Part shown: positions 60,435 to 64,000 of the stretch, piece after piece
Numbering within the stretch: the first letter of the stretch is position 1
Layout of the letters: every line of letters begins with the position of its first letter
NCBI GenBank assembly: GCA_040385775.1
Contig: JAZKGR010000171.1
Location: 25,072-89,071, forward strand
Direction of reading: 5' to 3'
From: Pseudomonadota bacterium
GTDB taxonomy: Bacteria; Pseudomonadota; Gammaproteobacteria; Burkholderiales; Burkholderiaceae_C
DNA: 64,000 nt
Position numbers and translations under genes: made by a program
The notes under the pieces: generated by a model
What the model was told of the DNA's origin: nothing
What the model saw: only the letters and a program-made list of their open reading frames with translations
Database searches by the model: none

Positions 60435-61199
60435 ATGATCCACAGGACAGCAGCAATGATGGGGCTGGCAGCGTGTCTGCTGCTGGCGGCCTGCGCCTCA
60501 CCGACACCCGCTCCCGAAGCGCCTGTCGCCGGTTTGGCAGCGACGCCCTGGACCATCGCGTCCGGCGCTGCGCCTGACGCGCCGGCCTGGCAGCACTACA
60601 AGCTGCCGGGCAAACAGCCCAGCCGGTTCAGCTACGTCCGCAAGGATGGGCGCGACGCCATGGCCGCCCATTCGGCATCGTCTGCCAGCATGGTGCGCCA
60701 GGTGGTGCGCATCGAGCCGGATGAACTGAGCAGCGTCCGGTTTTCATGGAAGGTGCCAGACCTGATCGCCCAGGCCGACATGGCTTTGCGCGAAACCGAC
60801 GATTCTCCCGTGCGCATCGTGCTGGCCTTCGAGGGCGACCGCAGCAAGTTCTCCCCTAAAAACGCCATGCTGTCCGAGCTGGCGCGCGCGCTGACAGGCG
60901 AGCAGATGCCCTACGCCACGCTGATGTATGTCTGGTGCAACACGCGCCAGCCGGGCAGCGTGATTGTCAACCCGCGCACCGACCGCATACGCAAGCTGGT
61001 GGTGGAGTCCGGCACGGGCAAGCTGCGCCAGTGGGTGGATTACGAGCGCAACATCCGCGCCGACTATGAAAAAGCCTTTGGCGAGGCGCCGGGGGCGCTG
61101 GTGGGCATAGGCATCATGACCGACAGCGACAACACCCGCAGCACGACCCAGGCCTGGTACGGACCTGTCACCGTGGGGACTTTCGGGCGCATAAGGTAG
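60435..61199 (+). CDS. DUF3047-like lipoprotein
   Basis: Lipobox LLAAC; FSWKV, TLMYVW, GIMTDSDNT. Confidence 0.8.
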   Translation: MIHRTAAMMGLAACLLLAACASPTPAPEAPVAGLAATPWTIASGAAPDAPAWQHYKLPGKQPSRFSYVRKDGRDAMAAHSASSASMVRQVVRIEPDELSSVRFSWKVPDLIAQADMALRETDDSPVRIVLAFEGDRSKFSPKNAMLSELARALTGEQMPYATLMYVWCNTRQPGSVIVNPRTDRIRKLVVESGTGKLRQWVDYERNIRADYEKAFGEAPGALVGIGIMTDSDNTRSTTQAWYGPVTVGTFGRIR

Positions 61200-61289
61200 C
61201 TCCCACGGCGGTGGGTGAAGGAAAGCCCTGATGCCGCCCCCGGCCCGCTTATTGCATAGTAGCGGTCTTTCAATTGATGAGGAGTTTCC

Positions 61290-62873
61290 GTGAAGATCAA
61301 ACAATTGCTGCTGTCTGCAGCCGTCCTTGCGGCGTTTGCCGGTACACCGGCGCTGCACGCCAAAACTTTCAAATGGGCCAGTGCAGGAGAAATATCGACG
61401 TGGGATATTCACTCCCAGAACAATGCACTGCAGAATGGGATTCACGCTGCGGTGTATGAGTCGCTGGTTTACTACAACAGCCGGACTTTCAAAATCGAGC
61501 CTGTGCTTGCGACTTCGTGGACGCAAGTGACGCCCAGCCAGCTTCGTCTCAAGCTGCGCCAAGGCGTGAAATTTCACGATGGATCGGCATTCACCGCCGA
61601 TGATGCGGTGTATTCGCTGAATCGCGCCATGGCCAAGACGTCGAATTTCACGCCCTATATTGTCGGGTTTGAGCGCATCGTGAAGGTTGATCAAAATACC
61701 ATTGACATCTTCACAAAAGGACCCAACCCGGTCCTGCTCAATCAACTCACCGAATTGCGCATGATGAGCAAGGCATGGGCGGAGAAAAACAACTCCGTCG
61801 AGCCTAAAGATATCAAGATCGTCAATCAGGAAACATTTGCGAACCGGAACGCAATGGGAACCGGGCCTTATGTCCTGAAACAGTGGCAGCCTGACCAGCG
61901 GATGGTTTTTTCTGCCAATGCAAATTGGTGGGGCAAACTTGAAGGCAACGTTACCGAAATCATTTACACACCCATCAAGTCAGAAGCAACGCGCGTGGCG
62001 GCCCTGCTATCCGGCGAAGTTGACCTCGTGCTGGACCCGAGTCCACAGGATCTGGCGCGTCTGCGCAGCAATAACAGCCTCAAGGTGATCGATGGCATCG
62101 AAAGCCGGACCATCTTCTTTGGCATGGACCAGTTCAGGGATGAGTTGCCCGGCTCGAACGTCAAGGGCAAGAACCCGCTGAAGGACCAGCGCGTGCGCAT
62201 GGCGCTGTACCAGGCCATCGACATCAACAGCATCGTGCGCGTAACCCTGCGCGGCCTCGGCCAGGCGACCGGGACCATTGTGGCGCCGCAGGTTGCCGGC
62301 TGGACAGAAGGCGTGCACAAACGCTTCCCCTATGACCCGGAGGCGTCCAAAAAGCTGCTGGCCGACGCCGGCTATCCGCAAGGCTTCGAGGTGGACTTCG
62401 CCTGCCCGAACAACCGTTACATCAACGACGAAGAAATCTGCCAGGCCGTGACCGCCATGTGGTCGCGCGTTGGCGTCAAGGCCAAACTGCGCACCTTGCC
62501 GCTGGTGACCTACTTCCCGATGATCCAGCGCCACGAAGCCAGCATCTACATGCTGGGCTGGGGCGTGCCGACCTTTGACGCGCTGTACAGCCTGCAGTCG
62601 CTGACGCGCAGCGTCGGCACGGGCGGCGACGGCAATTACAACCTGGGCCGCTACAGCAACCCGCGCATGGATGTCGTCGTGGACCGCATCAAGACCGAAA
62701 CCGATTTGCCGGTGCGCAACCGCTTCCTGACCGAAGGCCTGCAGCTGAGCAACGACACGGTGTCGCACCTGCCGCTGCACAACCAGATCATTCCCTGGGC
62801 CATGAAGAAAAACATCGACGTGGTGCACCGGGCCGACAACCGGCTGGACTGGCGCCTGATCAAGGTCAATTGA
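61290..62873 (+). CDS. Peptide/nickel ABC transporter substrate-binding protein (DppA-like)
   Basis: LRQGVKFHDGSAFTADD, GTGPY, RVRMAL, YDPEASKKLL. Confidence 0.93.
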   Translation: MKIKQLLLSAAVLAAFAGTPALHAKTFKWASAGEISTWDIHSQNNALQNGIHAAVYESLVYYNSRTFKIEPVLATSWTQVTPSQLRLKLRQGVKFHDGSAFTADDAVYSLNRAMAKTSNFTPYIVGFERIVKVDQNTIDIFTKGPNPVLLNQLTELRMMSKAWAEKNNSVEPKDIKIVNQETFANRNAMGTGPYVLKQWQPDQRMVFSANANWWGKLEGNVTEIIYTPIKSEATRVAALLSGEVDLVLDPSPQDLARLRSNNSLKVIDGIESRTIFFGMDQFRDELPGSNVKGKNPLKDQRVRMALYQAIDINSIVRVTLRGLGQATGTIVAPQVAGWTEGVHKRFPYDPEASKKLLADAGYPQGFEVDFACPNNRYINDEEICQAVTAMWSRVGVKAKLRTLPLVTYFPMIQRHEASIYMLGWGVPTFDALYSLQSLTRSVGTGGDGNYNLGRYSNPRMDVVVDRIKTETDLPVRNRFLTEGLQLSNDTVSHLPLHNQIIPWAMKKNIDVVHRADNRLDWRLIKVN

Positions 62874-62897
62874 CTGACCCGGGGTCCGCAAGAAAGC

Positions 62898-62926
62898 AAA
62901 AAGAGCCCTCTGGGGCTCTTTTTTTT
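62898..62926 (+). terminator. Intrinsic terminator/stabilising hairpin after dppA-like gene
   Basis: AAAAAGAGCCC-TCTG-GGGCTCTTTTTTTT. Confidence 0.82.
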
Positions 62927-63020
62927 GGCACCAAAGAATATCTTTAAACCTAAAGGAAACCCGATGTCGGCACGTTGTTTGCTCTGCTAGCATCGGCTCT
63001 CGATTAAAAAAACCTCCACG

Positions 63021-64000
63021 ATGTTCGCATTTATTCTCCGTCGCCTGTTCCAGGCCGTGATCGTGATGGTTACGGTGGCTTTTCTGGCTTTCATGCTGTT
63101 CCAGTACGTGGGCGACCCGGTGGTGTTTTTGCTCGGGCAGGACGCGCAGCCAGACCAGATCCGGCAGCTCCGCGCTGATTTGGGGCTGGACAAGCCTTTT
63201 TTCGTGCAGTTCGGCCACTTCCTGGTCAATGCCGTGCAGGGTGAGTTCGGTTTGAGCCTGCGCCAGGGTGCCAAGGTGTCGCGCCTGATCGCCGAGCGTT
63301 TTCCGGCCACGCTGGAGCTTGCACTGGTGGCGGCCCTGCTGGCGCTGCTGATCGGCGTGCCCATGGGTGTGTACGCGGCCTTGCGCCGGGGTACTTTTTT
63401 CAGCCAGTTGCTGATGACGGTGTCGCTGCTCGGCGTGTCGCTGCCAACCTTCCTGATCGGCATCCTGTTGATCCTGGTTTTCGCGGTCGGCCTTGGCTGG
63501 TTCCCCAGTTTCGGGCGCGGTGAGGTGGTGCAGATGGGCTGGTGGAGCAGCGGTTTGCTGACGCCCAAGGGCTGGCACCACATCGTGCTTCCCGCGGTGA
63601 CGCTGGCCATCTTCCAGCTCACGCTGATCATGCGGCTGGTGCGCGCCGAGATGCTGGAGGTGCTGCGCACCGACTACATCAAGTTTGCGCGGGCCCGTGG
63701 CCTGTCCAACCGCGCCATCCATTTTGGTCATGCGCTCAAAAACACGCTGGTGCCGGTGATGACCATCACCGGCCTGCAGCTTGGCGGCCTGATTGCCTTT
63801 GCCATCATCACCGAGACGGTGTTCCAGTGGCCCGGCATGGGCCTGCTGTTCATCCAGGCCGTGACCTTTGCCGATATCCCGGTGATGGCCGCCTACCTGT
63901 GCCTGATCGCGCTGATCTTTGTGGTCATCAACCTGGTGGTGGACCTGCTTTATTTCGCCGTTGACCCGCGCCTGCGTGTGGGCAATGCCGGAGGCCATTG
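63021..64000 (+). CDS. Peptide ABC transporter permease (DppB-like), stop codon cut by window edge
   Basis: MFAFILRRL, LGLDKP, RFPATLEL, DYIKFARARGL, ETVFQWPGMG; not in ORF track. Confidence 0.92.
   Translation, partial: MFAFILRRLFQAVIVMVTVAFLAFMLFQYVGDPVVFLLGQDAQPDQIRQLRADLGLDKPFFVQFGHFLVNAVQGEFGLSLRQGAKVSRLIAERFPATLELALVAALLALLIGVPMGVYAALRRGTFFSQLLMTVSLLGVSLPTFLIGILLILVFAVGLGWFPSFGRGEVVQMGWWSSGLLTPKGWHHIVLPAVTLAIFQLTLIMRLVRAEMLEVLRTDYIKFARARGLSNRAIHFGHALKNTLVPVMTITGLQLGGLIAFAIITETVFQWPGMGLLFIQAVTFADIPVMAAYLCLIALIFVVINLVVDLLYFAVDPRLRVGNAGGH

Noticed and set aside
61224-61263. Possible 13th copy of the 17+20 motif (GCTACTATGCAATAAGC on minus strand)
   Set aside because: The spacer to GGGCT is 18 bp, not 20, the half-site deviates, and it lies in the dppA promoter region.

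Overview
GC-rich betaproteobacterial chromosome, Comamonadaceae-like (Polaromonas-type) judging by gene content and order. It is mostly core genes: cydAB, paaABCDE, rlmJ, rplM-rpsI, erpA, anmK, tyrS, dtd, slt, glmS, slyD, queC, cobTSC, ilvA, a porin, coq7 and dppAB. No tRNA, rRNA, CRISPR array, transposase or integrase is visible. Two non-coding signals stand out. (1) The last 39 nt of glmS (the attTn7/TnsD target, [12 protein letters not shown]) occur four times in tandem, counting the live gene end, as two fully synonymous-recoded versions alternating A-B-A-B. Each copy carries its own matching antisense arm that folds it into a hairpin. A lower-GC NhaR/TerB/TerC/SbtAB accessory island follows. 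(2) Twelve copies of a fixed-geometry DNA motif (17-bp palindrome, exactly 20 variable bp, GGGC, phased A/T tracts) are dispersed through the window, half of them in-frame inside unrelated genes. All annotations come from reading the sequence and recognising protein motifs; no database search was run.
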